Shown here piece after piece: positions 43,272 to 52,153 of a stretch of DNA of 64,000 nt (within the stretch, counting starts at the first letter, position 1; the number at the start of each line of letters is the position of its first letter). This stretch comes from Ilumatobacteraceae bacterium (GTDB lineage: Bacteria; Actinomycetota; Acidimicrobiia; Acidimicrobiales; Ilumatobacteraceae). Both the position numbers and the translations under genes were made by a program. The notes beneath the pieces were generated by a model. The model made no database searches. It had not been told where the DNA came from and worked only from the letters and a program-made list of their open reading frames with translations. The stretch spans positions 26-64,025 of the forward strand of contig JAWLFC010000003.1 of the NCBI GenBank assembly GCA_041685755.1, in the 5' to 3' direction.

Positions 43272-44738
43272 GTGAGTTCGACGTTCTCGATCGACCCCGG
43301 GGCACTGCTCATCGGGGTGCTCGTGCTCGTCGGCGTCGTCGCCAGCGGGTTCACGTCGCGCCTTCGGATCCCGAGCCTACTGCTCTTCCTCGCGCTCGGG
43401 ATGGCGGTGGCAGACGACGGCCTGGCCTGGGTGCGCTTCGACGACGCCGAGCTCGCCCAGAACATCGCCCTCGCAGCGTTGGCGATCATCCTGTTCGACG
43501 GCGGGTTGGGCACCGACCCGCGCTCGTTCCGGTCCGTCGGCGTGCCGGCAGGTCTGCTGGCGACCGTCGGCGTGGCGGTGACCGCCGGTGTCGTCGCCGG
43601 GGCGGCGTGGTGGCTTGGCGGGTTGGACGCGACGACGGCGCTGCTGCTCGGTGCCGTGATCGCGTCGACCGACGCCGCGGCCGTGTTCGCCGCGCTGCGC
43701 AACGAACCGTTGCCGAACCGGACGACGCGCCTGCTGCAGCTCGAGTCGGGATTGAACGACCCCACCGCCGTGCTGCTGACGGTGGGGATGGTCGAGGTGT
43801 GGCGCGCCGACCCGGACGGTTGGGACTGGGCGTCGTACCTCGGTGCGCAGTTGGCCGTCGGCGTGGTGGTCGGCCTCGGCGTCGGATGGCTCGGCCGGTG
43901 GGTCGTGGACCACGTACGCGGCGCAGCGGCGGCGTCGCTGGGCGTCGTCACGCTGGCGATCGCGGCCATCTCCTACGGCGGCGCTGCCGTGCTCGGCGGA
44001 TCGGGCCTCCTGGCGGTGTACCTGACCGGTGTGGCGCTGACCGGCTCGGAACGGGCGAGCCGCAGCGTGCTGTTCTTCCACGAAGGACTCGCTGCCACCG
44101 CCCAGAGCGTGTTGTTCCTGCTGCTCGGCATCCTCGTGTTCCCGAGCGAGCTCTTCGGCGACCTCGGGCTCGGTCTCCTCGTGGCGGCCGTGCTCGTCCT
44201 GCTGGCCCGGCCGTTGGCGGTCGTGTCGGTGCTCGGATGGTGGCGAATGCCGCTGCGGGAGATGACGATCGTGTCGTGGGCCGGTCTGCGGGGTGCAGTT
44301 CCGGTCGTGCTGGCCACGATCCCCTTCACCGCCGGCCACCCCGACGGCGGACTGATCTTCGATGTCGCCTTCGTCGTCGTCGTGGTGTCGGTGGCGGTGC
44401 AAGCACCGACGATCGGCATGCTGACGAGACGTCTCGGGGTCGTCGCCGACGACAGCGTGCTCGTCCGGCGGGAGATCGTGCCGATCGACGCGCTCGACGC
44501 CGACATCGTCGAGATGACCGTCCCCGCCACCACGCGCCTGGCACGAATCACGCTGCGGGAGTCCCCACCGCCGAGCGGCGCCCGGGTGGCGGTCATCCAC
44601 CGCGACGACACCACCGTGATCCCGACGGGGAGCACGACGATCGAGCCCGGTGACGTCCTGCTGGTGGTGACCCCGCGCAGCTGCGACCTCGATCGCCTCG
44701 AGGTGTGGAGCCGGACGTTCCTGCCGCCCGAGCGATGA
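43272..44738 (+). CDS. K+/H+ (CPA1, NhaP2/CvrA-like) antiporter with C-terminal RCK_C/TrkA-C domain
   Basis: Last 488 aa of ORF 43083..44738. Motifs LLLFLALGMAVADDGL, ESGLNDP and SWAGLRGAVP. C-terminal soluble domain (IEPGDVLLVV). GTG start 43272. Confidence 0.85.
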   Translation: MSSTFSIDPGALLIGVLVLVGVVASGFTSRLRIPSLLLFLALGMAVADDGLAWVRFDDAELAQNIALAALAIILFDGGLGTDPRSFRSVGVPAGLLATVGVAVTAGVVAGAAWWLGGLDATTALLLGAVIASTDAAAVFAALRNEPLPNRTTRLLQLESGLNDPTAVLLTVGMVEVWRADPDGWDWASYLGAQLAVGVVVGLGVGWLGRWVVDHVRGAAAASLGVVTLAIAAISYGGAAVLGGSGLLAVYLTGVALTGSERASRSVLFFHEGLAATAQSVLFLLLGILVFPSELFGDLGLGLLVAAVLVLLARPLAVVSVLGWWRMPLREMTIVSWAGLRGAVPVVLATIPFTAGHPDGGLIFDVAFVVVVVSVAVQAPTIGMLTRRLGVVADDSVLVRREIVPIDALDADIVEMTVPATTRLARITLRESPPPSGARVAVIHRDDTTVIPTGSTTIEPGDVLLVVTPRSCDLDRLEVWSRTFLPPER

Positions 44739-44772
44739 GCGAGACGCCGGCATCCGGTCCGTTCGCTCATCG
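44733..44772. repeat. 40-nt hairpin repeat (REP-like), copy 1
   Basis: CGATGAGCGAGACGCCGGCATCCGGTCCGTTCGCTCATCG. 11-12 bp stem CGATGAGCGA.../...TCGCTCATCG. Its TGA (element nt 4-6) is the antiporter's stop codon. Confidence 0.85.
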
Positions 44773-44785
44773 CCGTCGAGGACCT

Positions 44786-44801
44786 CGTGACGTCGGTCAC
44801 G
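44786..44801. promoter_or_regulatory. candidate Rex/CRP-type operator upstream of cydA
   Basis: cGTGA-CGTCGG-TCACg, a perfect 16-bp palindrome of the form GTGA-N6-TCAC, 61 nt upstream of the cydA ATG. Confidence 0.35.
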
Positions 44802-44861
44802 GCGTACGCAGGGTCCTAGGTCCCTAGGTCACCCCGGGGGGTACCACCAGAGTGGTGGGCG

Positions 44862-46391
44862 ATGTTCGCGCTCGAGGCACTCCCCCTGGCCCGTTGGCAG
44901 TTCGGAATCACCACCGTCTACCACTTCCTCATGGTCCCGCTGACGATCGGCCTGTCGGCGTTCGTCGCCTGGTTCCACACCCGGTGGTACCTCCACGGCC
45001 GCGAGTCCGACCTGCGGCTCACCAAGTTCTTCGGCAAGTTGTTCCTGATCAACTTCGCGATGGGCGTCGTCACCGGCATCGTCCAGGAATTCCAGTTCGG
45101 GATGAACTGGAGCGAGTACTCCCGCTTCGTCGGCGACGTGTTCGGCGCCCCGCTCGCCATGGAGGGCCTCGTCGCCTTCTTCCTCGAGTCGACGTTCCTC
45201 GGTCTGTGGATCTTCGGCTGGGGTCGCCTCAACCCGAAGGTCCACCTGGCCACCATCTGGGCAGCGGCGATCGGCACGTGGCTGTCGGCGTACTTCATCA
45301 TCGCCGCCAACTCCTGGATGCAGCACCCGGTCGGAGCGATCTTCAACGCCGAGCGTGGGCGGGCCGAGCTCGTCGACATCTGGGCGATCCTGACCAACCC
45401 GACCACGCTCGCGGCCTACCCCCACGTGATCAGCGGCTCGGTCCTCACCGCAGCGGTGTTCGTGGCGGGGATCTCGGCGTGGTGGCTGATCCGGCGCGAC
45501 CCGAGCCCCGTCGACCGCGAGGGATTCACGCGGGCGATGCGGGCCGGGCTGTGGGTGTCGATCGTCGCCGGCATCGCCCTCGTGGTCTCCGGGCACTACC
45601 AGACCCAGCTCATGTTCGAGCAGCAACCGATGAAGATGGCTGCGGCAGAAGCGCTGTGCGAGACCGAGACGGGACCCGGATTGTCGGTGTTCGCCGTCGG
45701 CGACGTCAGCGCCGAGTGCGACGTCCGCTCACTGGTGATCCCGGGCCTGCTGTCGTTCCTGGCGACCGAGACCTGGGACGCCGAGATCCCCGGGGTCATC
45801 GACACCCAGGCCGACTTCCAGGAACGCTTCGGGCCCGGCGACTACCGCCCGAACCTGATCATCACGTACTGGAGTTTCCGGGCGATGATCGGTATCGGCA
45901 TGCTCAGCGTCGGTGTGGCCGCCGCCACGCTGCTCTACCTGCGGTTCAAGAAGGAGCTGCCGCGCCACGTGTGGGCCGGACGGGCGGCGATCGCCCTGAT
46001 CGTCACGCCGTTCCTCGCCAACACCGCCGGGTGGATCTTCACCGAGATGGGCCGCCAGCCGTGGGTGGTGGCGCCGAACCTCGACGAGGAACTCGAGGTC
46101 CGGCTCCTCACCGCCGACGCCGTCTCGGGAGCGGTCGGCGGCTGGACGGTCCTGCTGTCGATGGTCACCTTCACCCTCGTGTACGGCGGGTTGGGACTGG
46201 TCGAGATCATGCTGCTCAAGCGCTACGTCGAAGCGGGCCCCGACGCGGCGATCACCGGCATCCTCGAGGGCGGGGGCGGTGACGGCGACGACGAGTCTCC
46301 GCGCGGCCCCGAGGACCGCGACGACTGGCCACCGGACGGCGAGGAGCCGCCCGAACCCGACGACGACGAACGCCTCGTGTTCGCCTACTGA
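44862..46391 (+). CDS. cydA: cytochrome bd ubiquinol oxidase subunit I
   Basis: Motifs LARWQFGITTVYHFLMVPLTIGL, WGRLNPKVH and a Q-loop. 509 aa with an acidic C-terminal tail. Confidence 0.95.
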   Translation: MFALEALPLARWQFGITTVYHFLMVPLTIGLSAFVAWFHTRWYLHGRESDLRLTKFFGKLFLINFAMGVVTGIVQEFQFGMNWSEYSRFVGDVFGAPLAMEGLVAFFLESTFLGLWIFGWGRLNPKVHLATIWAAAIGTWLSAYFIIAANSWMQHPVGAIFNAERGRAELVDIWAILTNPTTLAAYPHVISGSVLTAAVFVAGISAWWLIRRDPSPVDREGFTRAMRAGLWVSIVAGIALVVSGHYQTQLMFEQQPMKMAAAEALCETETGPGLSVFAVGDVSAECDVRSLVIPGLLSFLATETWDAEIPGVIDTQADFQERFGPGDYRPNLIITYWSFRAMIGIGMLSVGVAAATLLYLRFKKELPRHVWAGRAAIALIVTPFLANTAGWIFTEMGRQPWVVAPNLDEELEVRLLTADAVSGAVGGWTVLLSMVTFTLVYGGLGLVEIMLLKRYVEAGPDAAITGILEGGGGDGDDESPRGPEDRDDWPPDGEEPPEPDDDERLVFAY

Positions 46392-46408
46392 CCACTGGAG
46401 CGATCGAC

Positions 46409-47416
46409 ATGGAACTCACCACCTTCTGGTTCATCACCATCGCCGTGCTGTGGATCGGCTACTTCTTCCTCGAAGGGTTCGACTTCGGGGTCGGCATGCT
46501 GCTGCACCCGCTCGGGCGCACCGACGAGGACCGTCGCGTGATGATCAACACGATCGGTCCGGTGTGGGACGGCAACGAGGTGTGGCTGCTCGTCGCCGGC
46601 GGCGCGACGTTCGCCGCGTTCCCCAACTGGTACGCCACCCTGTTCTCCGGCTTCTACCTGCCGCTGTTCCTCATCCTGCTCGCCCTCATCTTCCGGGGCG
46701 TCGCCTTCGAATACCGCGGCAAGATCAACGACGCCCGGTGGCGGCAACGCTGGGATCTCGCCATCGCCGTCGGATCGTGGGTGCCGGCCGTGCTGTGGGG
46801 CGTGGCGTTCGCCAACATCGTGCGCGGGGTGCCGATCGACGAGAACCAGGACTTCACCGGCACCCTGTTCACCCTGCTCAACCCGTTCGGCCTGCTCGGC
46901 GGCGTCACCACGGCGTCGCTGTTCATCCTCCACGGCGCCAACTTCCTCAGCCTCAAGACCGTCGGCGACATCCGCGACCGCGCCCACCGCGCCTCGGAGG
47001 TGGCCGGTGTCGTCGCCATCGTCGCCGGCGGCACGTTCCTCGTGTGGAACCAACTCGCCCGCGGTGCCGCCTGGACGTGGGTGCCGGTACTCGGCGCCGC
47101 CGTCGCTCTCGTCGCCGGCGTGTTCGCCGAGCGGGTGAAGCGTGAGGGGTACGCCTTCGCCGCCACCGGTGTGGCGATCGCCCTCGCGGTCGTGGCGCTG
47201 TTCGGTTCGCTGTGGCCCGACGTGATGCCGTCGAGCACCGACCCGGCGTTCAGCCTGACCGTGGAGAACGCCTCGTCGACCGACTACACCTTGCGGGTGA
47301 TGACCGTGGTCGCGCTGGTGATGACGCCGATCGTGCTGCTCTACCAGGGGTGGACCTACTGGGTGTTCCGCAAGCGGATCGGCACCCAGCACCTCCCGGC
47401 CATCGGCAAGTCGTGA
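46409..47416 (+). CDS. cydB: cytochrome bd ubiquinol oxidase subunit II
   Basis: Motifs FWFITIAVLWIGYFFLEGFDFGVGML and WDGNEVWLL. 335 aa. Confidence 0.95.
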   Translation: MELTTFWFITIAVLWIGYFFLEGFDFGVGMLLHPLGRTDEDRRVMINTIGPVWDGNEVWLLVAGGATFAAFPNWYATLFSGFYLPLFLILLALIFRGVAFEYRGKINDARWRQRWDLAIAVGSWVPAVLWGVAFANIVRGVPIDENQDFTGTLFTLLNPFGLLGGVTTASLFILHGANFLSLKTVGDIRDRAHRASEVAGVVAIVAGGTFLVWNQLARGAAWTWVPVLGAAVALVAGVFAERVKREGYAFAATGVAIALAVVALFGSLWPDVMPSSTDPAFSLTVENASSTDYTLRVMTVVALVMTPIVLLYQGWTYWVFRKRIGTQHLPAIGKS

Positions 47417-50400
47417 CCGACAGCGGCCGGCGCGGGCCGGTCGATGTCCGCCTGCTCCATCTCGTTCCTGCGCTGCGGCGTCACCTCGTCGTCGTCGGCA
47501 TCGTCGCTGCCGTCACCGCCGTCGCCGTCGTCGTCCAGGCGGGCCTGCTCGCCCGCGGGCTGAGCGACCTCGTCCAACGCGGTGACGTCGACGGCGGTCT
47601 GGCCCAGCTGGCGATCGCACTGACGGCGGTGGCCGTCGTCCGCGGCGGCGCCGTCGCCGTGACCGAGTGGTCGGCGGGGCGGGCCATGACGGCCACCCGC
47701 GCCCGGGTGCTCGACGCCGTGCTCGACCACGCCGCGGCCGACGGCGACCGGGCGTCGAGCGGGCTCGCCAGTCGCGAGGCCACGATCGCCACGGCGGGCG
47801 CCGACGAACTCGAACCGTACGTGCGCCAGTTCCTGCCGGCGCTGATGCTCGCCGTGGCGGTGCCGCTCGTCGCCGGGGTGCGCATCCTGACCGCCGACCT
47901 GCTCTCGGCGGTGCTCGTCGCCGTGACCGTGCCGCTGATCCCGGTGTTCATGGTGCTGATCGGGCGGATGACCGAACGGCGAACACAACGCCAGTGGGCG
48001 ACGCTGCAGCGCCTCGGCGGCCACTTCCTCGACGTGGTCGAGGGACTGCCGACGCTGCGGTTGTTCGGCCGCGCCGACGCCCAGCGTGACTCCGTGCACC
48101 GGGTGTCGGAGCAGTACCGCTCGACGACGATGGGGGCGCTGCGCATCGCGTTCCTGTCGGCGCTGGCGCTCGAGCTGATCGCCACGCTGTCCGTCGCGTT
48201 GATCGCCGTGGAAATCGGCCTGCGTCTCGCAGCGGGCTCGTTCGAGCTGTACCCGGCACTGGTGATCCTGCTGCTGGCGCCGGAGTGCTACTTCCCGATC
48301 CGGCGGGTCGGGGCGAGCTTCCACGCCGCCCAGGCCGGCCTCGACGCCTCCGACGACCTGCACGAACTCCTCGACCGCCCGACGCTGCCGGCCGGCACGC
48401 GACCGGCCCCGGAGCGCGCGACGGTCGAGTTGCGCAACGTCCGGCTGCGACGAGACGGGCGCAGCGTGGTCGACGGACTCGACCTCGACCTGGTGCCCGG
48501 CACCGTCGTCGCCGTGGTCGGCCCGAGCGGCATCGGCAAGTCGACCGTGATCGAGGCCGTGCGCGGCCGCCTCCTCGACCGCGACGGTGCGATCAGCGTC
48601 GAGGGCATCGACGTCGACGACCTCGACCCCGACTCCTGGGCCGAGCGGTTGGCGGTGATCGGCCAGCGCCTGGTGGCGAGCACTGCGACGGTCGCCGACG
48701 CCGTTCGAGCCGGGACCGACGTCACGCCCGCCGAGGTGACCGCGGCGCTCGCTGCGGTCGGCCTGGTCGACCTGGACGCCGATCACCGTCGGCTCGAGGA
48801 ACTCTCCGGTGGCCAGCTGCGCCGGGTCCAGGTGGCCCGGGCGACCATCGCCGTGCGCTGCGGGCGGGCGTCGATCGTCCTCGCCGACGAACCGACCGCC
48901 CACCTCGACGCGGACGCTGCCGAGGCCGTGTGGCGAGCGCTGGATGGCCTCGCACGCGAGCACGGAGCTGCCGTGCTGGTCGCCACCCACGACGAGCGAG
49001 CCATCGCCGACCGCGTCGTCGAACTCCACTCGACCGCAGCGACCGCAGCGATCCCGGCCGCAGCGTCTGCCGCCACTCCCGCCCTCGCGGTGAGCTCCCT
49101 GCTCGACGACAGCGCGTTCGAGGTCACGTCGCTGCCCGCCCGCGACGAAGCCGGCTCGGTCGGACCACGTCGTGACGGGGGCCGAGGCGTCGAGCCGTCC
49201 CGGAGGTCTTCATGGGAGTCGGGGCAGGAATCGTGGCGGGCGGTGCGACGGGTGATGGCGATGGCGCGCCCGGCGCGACGTCGCTTCTTCGGGGCCACCG
49301 GGCTCGGCATCGCCGCCGAGGTGAGCACGCTGGGCTTGGCCGCGTTCGCCGCCTGGCTGATCGTGCGCGCCAGCAGCCAACCCGACCTCGCCGAGTTGTC
49401 GCTCGCCATCCTCGCCGTGCGCGCCTTCGGCACCGGCAAGGGCGTGTTCCGATACGGCGAGCGCCTCGCCACGCACGATGCCGGACTGCGGGCCCTGAGC
49501 GAGATCCGTGCCTCGGTCGTCGACCGGCTGGCCAGGATCGCGCCCGCCGGCATTCCGGGCTGGGAACGCGGTGACCTCCTCCAGCGCGTCGTCGCCGACA
49601 TCGACCGGCTGCTCGACCTGTTCGTCCGCCTGCTCGGTCCGATCATCGCCGTCGCCGTCACCGCCGGGTCGGCAGCGGTGATCTCCCTGGTGCTCGACGT
49701 TCGCGCCGGGCTCGTGCTGCTCGGTGGTCTGGCCGTCGTCGCTGTCGTCGTCCCGGCTGCCACACTCGCCACCGAGTCGGCGATCGGACCCTCGATCACC
49801 AGCGTGCGCTCCCGATTGTCGGCGCGGGTGCTCGCCCACACCGAGCGCCTCGACGACATGATCGCCGACCGCACCGCCACCGCCGACCGTGGCCGAATCC
49901 GCGAGCTCGACGCCGAACGGAACCGCGATGAACAGCGGCGCACGACCGTGCGGGCGCTGACCGGGGCGGTCGTCGCCGCCGGGCCGTTGGCCACGGTGAT
50001 CGTCACGCTGCTCGTCGTCGACCCCGGTTCGATCGCCGCTCCGATCCTGGGCGTGCTCGTGCTGTGGCCGCTCGCCGTGGTCGAACTCGCCGGATCGACC
50101 AACGAGGCAGCGGCCACGGTGCCCACCGTCGCCACCAGCGCCCAGCGCGTGCTGGCCGTGCTCGACACCCCCGATCCCAGCCCCGCAACCTCGCCGGCGA
50201 CGACCGTGCTCGGTGCGGGGCCGCCGTCGATCACACTCGAGGCACTGACGGCGCGCTGGCCCGGCGCCGAGGTCGACGCCGTCGGACCGGTCTCCCTCGA
50301 CGTCGCGCCGGCGAGCCGCCACCTGATCGTCGGGCCGAGCGGATCGGGGAAGTCGACGCTGGCCGCCGTGCTCGTCGGGTTCCTCCCACCCGCCAGTGGC

Positions 50401-50904
50401 GACTACCGCTTGGACGACGTCTCCGTCGACGCGGTCGCCGACGTGCGACGGTCGGTCACCTGGATCCAACAGATCCCGTGGCTGGCCGATTCGACGGTGC
50501 GCGAGAACCTGCGCATCGCCGATCCCGAGGCGAATGACGAGGTGCTCGCCGACGTGCTCCGGGCCGTACACCTCACCACCTGGCTCGACCACCTCCCGCA
50601 CGGCCTCGACTCGCACCTCGGCCGCGGCGGCGCGGCGATGAGCGGCGGTGAAGCCCAACGGCTCGCACTGGCGCGTGTGCTGCTCGCCGACCAGCGGGTG
50701 GTCGTGCTCGACGAGCCGACCGCCAACCTCGACCGGGCAACCGCCGACGCCGTCATGGCGACGGTGCTCGAGCGCTGCGCCGACCGCAGCACGATCGTCC
50801 TCGGCCACGCCGATCGCCCCGACACCTCCCCGCCGGGCGATGAGCGAAACGCCGGCATCAGGTCCGTTCGCTCATCGGCCGGAACCCCGTCTGCGGAGCG
50901 ATGA
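47413..50904 (+). CDS. cydDC: fused CydD-CydC thiol-reductant ABC exporter
   Basis: Last 1163 aa of ORF 47212..50904, with two TMD-NBD halves in one frame. NBD1 has GPSGIGKST, LSGGQLRRV and VLADEPT. NBD2 has GPSGSGKST, MSGGEAQRL and VVLDEPT. GTG 47413 overlaps the cydB stop. Confidence 0.9.
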   Translation: MTDSGRRGPVDVRLLHLVPALRRHLVVVGIVAAVTAVAVVVQAGLLARGLSDLVQRGDVDGGLAQLAIALTAVAVVRGGAVAVTEWSAGRAMTATRARVLDAVLDHAAADGDRASSGLASREATIATAGADELEPYVRQFLPALMLAVAVPLVAGVRILTADLLSAVLVAVTVPLIPVFMVLIGRMTERRTQRQWATLQRLGGHFLDVVEGLPTLRLFGRADAQRDSVHRVSEQYRSTTMGALRIAFLSALALELIATLSVALIAVEIGLRLAAGSFELYPALVILLLAPECYFPIRRVGASFHAAQAGLDASDDLHELLDRPTLPAGTRPAPERATVELRNVRLRRDGRSVVDGLDLDLVPGTVVAVVGPSGIGKSTVIEAVRGRLLDRDGAISVEGIDVDDLDPDSWAERLAVIGQRLVASTATVADAVRAGTDVTPAEVTAALAAVGLVDLDADHRRLEELSGGQLRRVQVARATIAVRCGRASIVLADEPTAHLDADAAEAVWRALDGLAREHGAAVLVATHDERAIADRVVELHSTAATAAIPAAASAATPALAVSSLLDDSAFEVTSLPARDEAGSVGPRRDGGRGVEPSRRSSWESGQESWRAVRRVMAMARPARRRFFGATGLGIAAEVSTLGLAAFAAWLIVRASSQPDLAELSLAILAVRAFGTGKGVFRYGERLATHDAGLRALSEIRASVVDRLARIAPAGIPGWERGDLLQRVVADIDRLLDLFVRLLGPIIAVAVTAGSAAVISLVLDVRAGLVLLGGLAVVAVVVPAATLATESAIGPSITSVRSRLSARVLAHTERLDDMIADRTATADRGRIRELDAERNRDEQRRTTVRALTGAVVAAGPLATVIVTLLVVDPGSIAAPILGVLVLWPLAVVELAGSTNEAAATVPTVATSAQRVLAVLDTPDPSPATSPATTVLGAGPPSITLEALTARWPGAEVDAVGPVSLDVAPASRHLIVGPSGSGKSTLAAVLVGFLPPASGDYRLDDVSVDAVADVRRSVTWIQQIPWLADSTVRENLRIADPEANDEVLADVLRAVHLTTWLDHLPHGLDSHLGRGGAAMSGGEAQRLALARVLLADQRVVVLDEPTANLDRATADAVMATVLERCADRSTIVLGHADRPDTSPPGDERNAGIRSVRSSAGTPSAER
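50838..50877. repeat. 40-nt hairpin repeat, copy 2 (inside 3' end of cydDC)
   Basis: CGATGAGCGAAACGCCGGCATCAGGTCCGTTCGCTCATCG. Its TGA is out of frame here, so it is read through as GDERNAGIRSVRSS. Confidence 0.85.
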
Positions 50905-50938
50905 GTGAAACGCCGATGTCCGGGCGGTTCGCTCATCG
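50899..50938. repeat. 40-nt hairpin repeat, copy 3
   Basis: CGATGAGTGAAACGCCGATGTCCGGGCGGTTCGCTCATCG. Its TGA at 50902-50904 is the cydDC stop codon. Confidence 0.85.
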
Positions 50939-50970
50939 CTGAAGGTTGATCGGCCAGGCGGGGGACGCGG

Positions 50971-51843
50971 TCAGGTGTCGCTGGGTGGCGGGTACTCGGG
51001 GAACCAGAGGGTGCGCTGCGGGAACGGGATCGTGATGTCGGCGTCGCGGAGACCGGCGTCGACGGCGAGCGCCACGTTGCTCTTCGTGCGCCAGTGCTCG
51101 GCGATGGTCGGCAGATGCCAGAACCGGACGACGAAATCGACCGACGAGTCACCGAAACCGTCGACGAGTACCTCCGGGGTCGGCCAACCGACCACGCCGT
51201 CAGCGGCTCGAACGGCCTCGATGAGCACGACGGTCGCCAGCGCGAGATCGGTGCCGTAGGCGACGCCGACCTCGAGCGTGGTGCGGCGCAGGCCGTGCTC
51301 GGTGTAGTTGTTCAGATCCGACTTGATCACCGTCGAGGCCGGGATCTTGACCGTCTCACCGTCGGGCGTCGTGATCGTCACGAGCCGGGCACCGATGTCG
51401 CGCACGGTGCCCTCGTGCTCGTTGATCGCCACCTGGTCGCCGTAGGTGAACGGACGCTGCAACTGCAGCAGGATGCCGGCGATGAAGTTCTCCAGGATGT
51501 CGCGGAACGCGAACGCCAGGGCGATACCGATGATGCCCAGCGCACCGAGCAGCGGACCGATGGCCACCCCGAGCGACTCGAGACTGTAGACGAGCGCGAA
51601 GACGACCACGGCGTAGCCGACGAGCCGACCGACCAGAGCGGCGAGCGCGGCGTCGACGCGCCGCTGCAGCATTCTGTTGATCAGCCACTTGAGGACGATG
51701 GCCGCGACGACGCCGCCGGCGAGCACCAAACCGGCCGTCGCCCACGACCACCCGTCGATACCATCACCGGCGAAGGCGTCGGCGAGAGCGTCGGTGTCGA
51801 CGTCGGTGTCGGTCTGCCCGGGCCACAGGGCACCGGCGCGCAT
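50971..51843 (-). CDS. small-conductance mechanosensitive channel (MscS family)
   Basis: Motifs GALGIIGIALAFAFRDILENFIAGILLQLQRPF and GTVRDIGARLVTITTPDGETVKIP. 290 aa. Confidence 0.9.
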   Translation of the reverse strand: MRAGALWPGQTDTDVDTDALADAFAGDGIDGWSWATAGLVLAGGVVAAIVLKWLINRMLQRRVDAALAALVGRLVGYAVVVFALVYSLESLGVAIGPLLGALGIIGIALAFAFRDILENFIAGILLQLQRPFTYGDQVAINEHEGTVRDIGARLVTITTPDGETVKIPASTVIKSDLNNYTEHGLRRTTLEVGVAYGTDLALATVVLIEAVRAADGVVGWPTPEVLVDGFGDSSVDFVVRFWHLPTIAEHWRTKSNVALAVDAGLRDADITIPFPQRTLWFPEYPPPSDT

Positions 51844-51845
51844 GC

Positions 51846-52139
51846 TCAGTCCTCGGCGGGGAGTTCGGAGACGTTGCCCTCGGGTCCGGGGAACTCGTCG
51901 CCGTCGAAGCCCTGGTTCTCGACCTCGTTGGTGTCGGTGTCGACACCCTCGGGCACATCGGGGTCGAACGGTACGTCGCCGTCGTCCAGAATCGTGGAGT
52001 CGACGTCATCGACCTCGTTGGAATCGTCGTCGCAGGCACCCACGGCGAGCGCGGAGGCGGCGAGCAGTCCGACGGTGAGGGTGACACGCAACATGTTCGG
52101 GGGGTACCCGGTCGGGCGGCGCCGAAACCGCCGCGGCAC
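51846..52139 (-). CDS. small acidic lipoprotein (candidate)
   Basis: Signal peptide plus lipobox LLAASALAVGA-C. The mature 62 aa have 24 Asp/Glu and no Lys/Arg/His. Start is GTG 52139 or ATG 52094. Stop abuts the MscS start. Confidence 0.6.
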   Translation of the reverse strand: MPRRFRRRPTGYPPNMLRVTLTVGLLAASALAVGACDDDSNEVDDVDSTILDDGDVPFDPDVPEGVDTDTNEVENQGFDGDEFPGPEGNVSELPAED

Positions 52140-52153
52140 CGCCCGACGTCAGC

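Noticed and set aside
47212-47412. Upstream extension of the cydDC ORF to 47212, and similar long 5' extensions (1129..2301, 21592..21924, 22752..23186, 43083..43271)
   Set aside because: The extensions overlap the preceding well-supported genes in another frame. Plausible GTG or ATG starts exist at stop-start overlaps or behind SD sequences.
49020-49260. Frameshifted or pseudogenised cydD/cydC junction
   Set aside because: There is no stop codon or frame break in the given sequence. Both halves keep intact Walker A, signature and Walker B motifs, so I treat it as a genuine fusion pending read-level confirmation.
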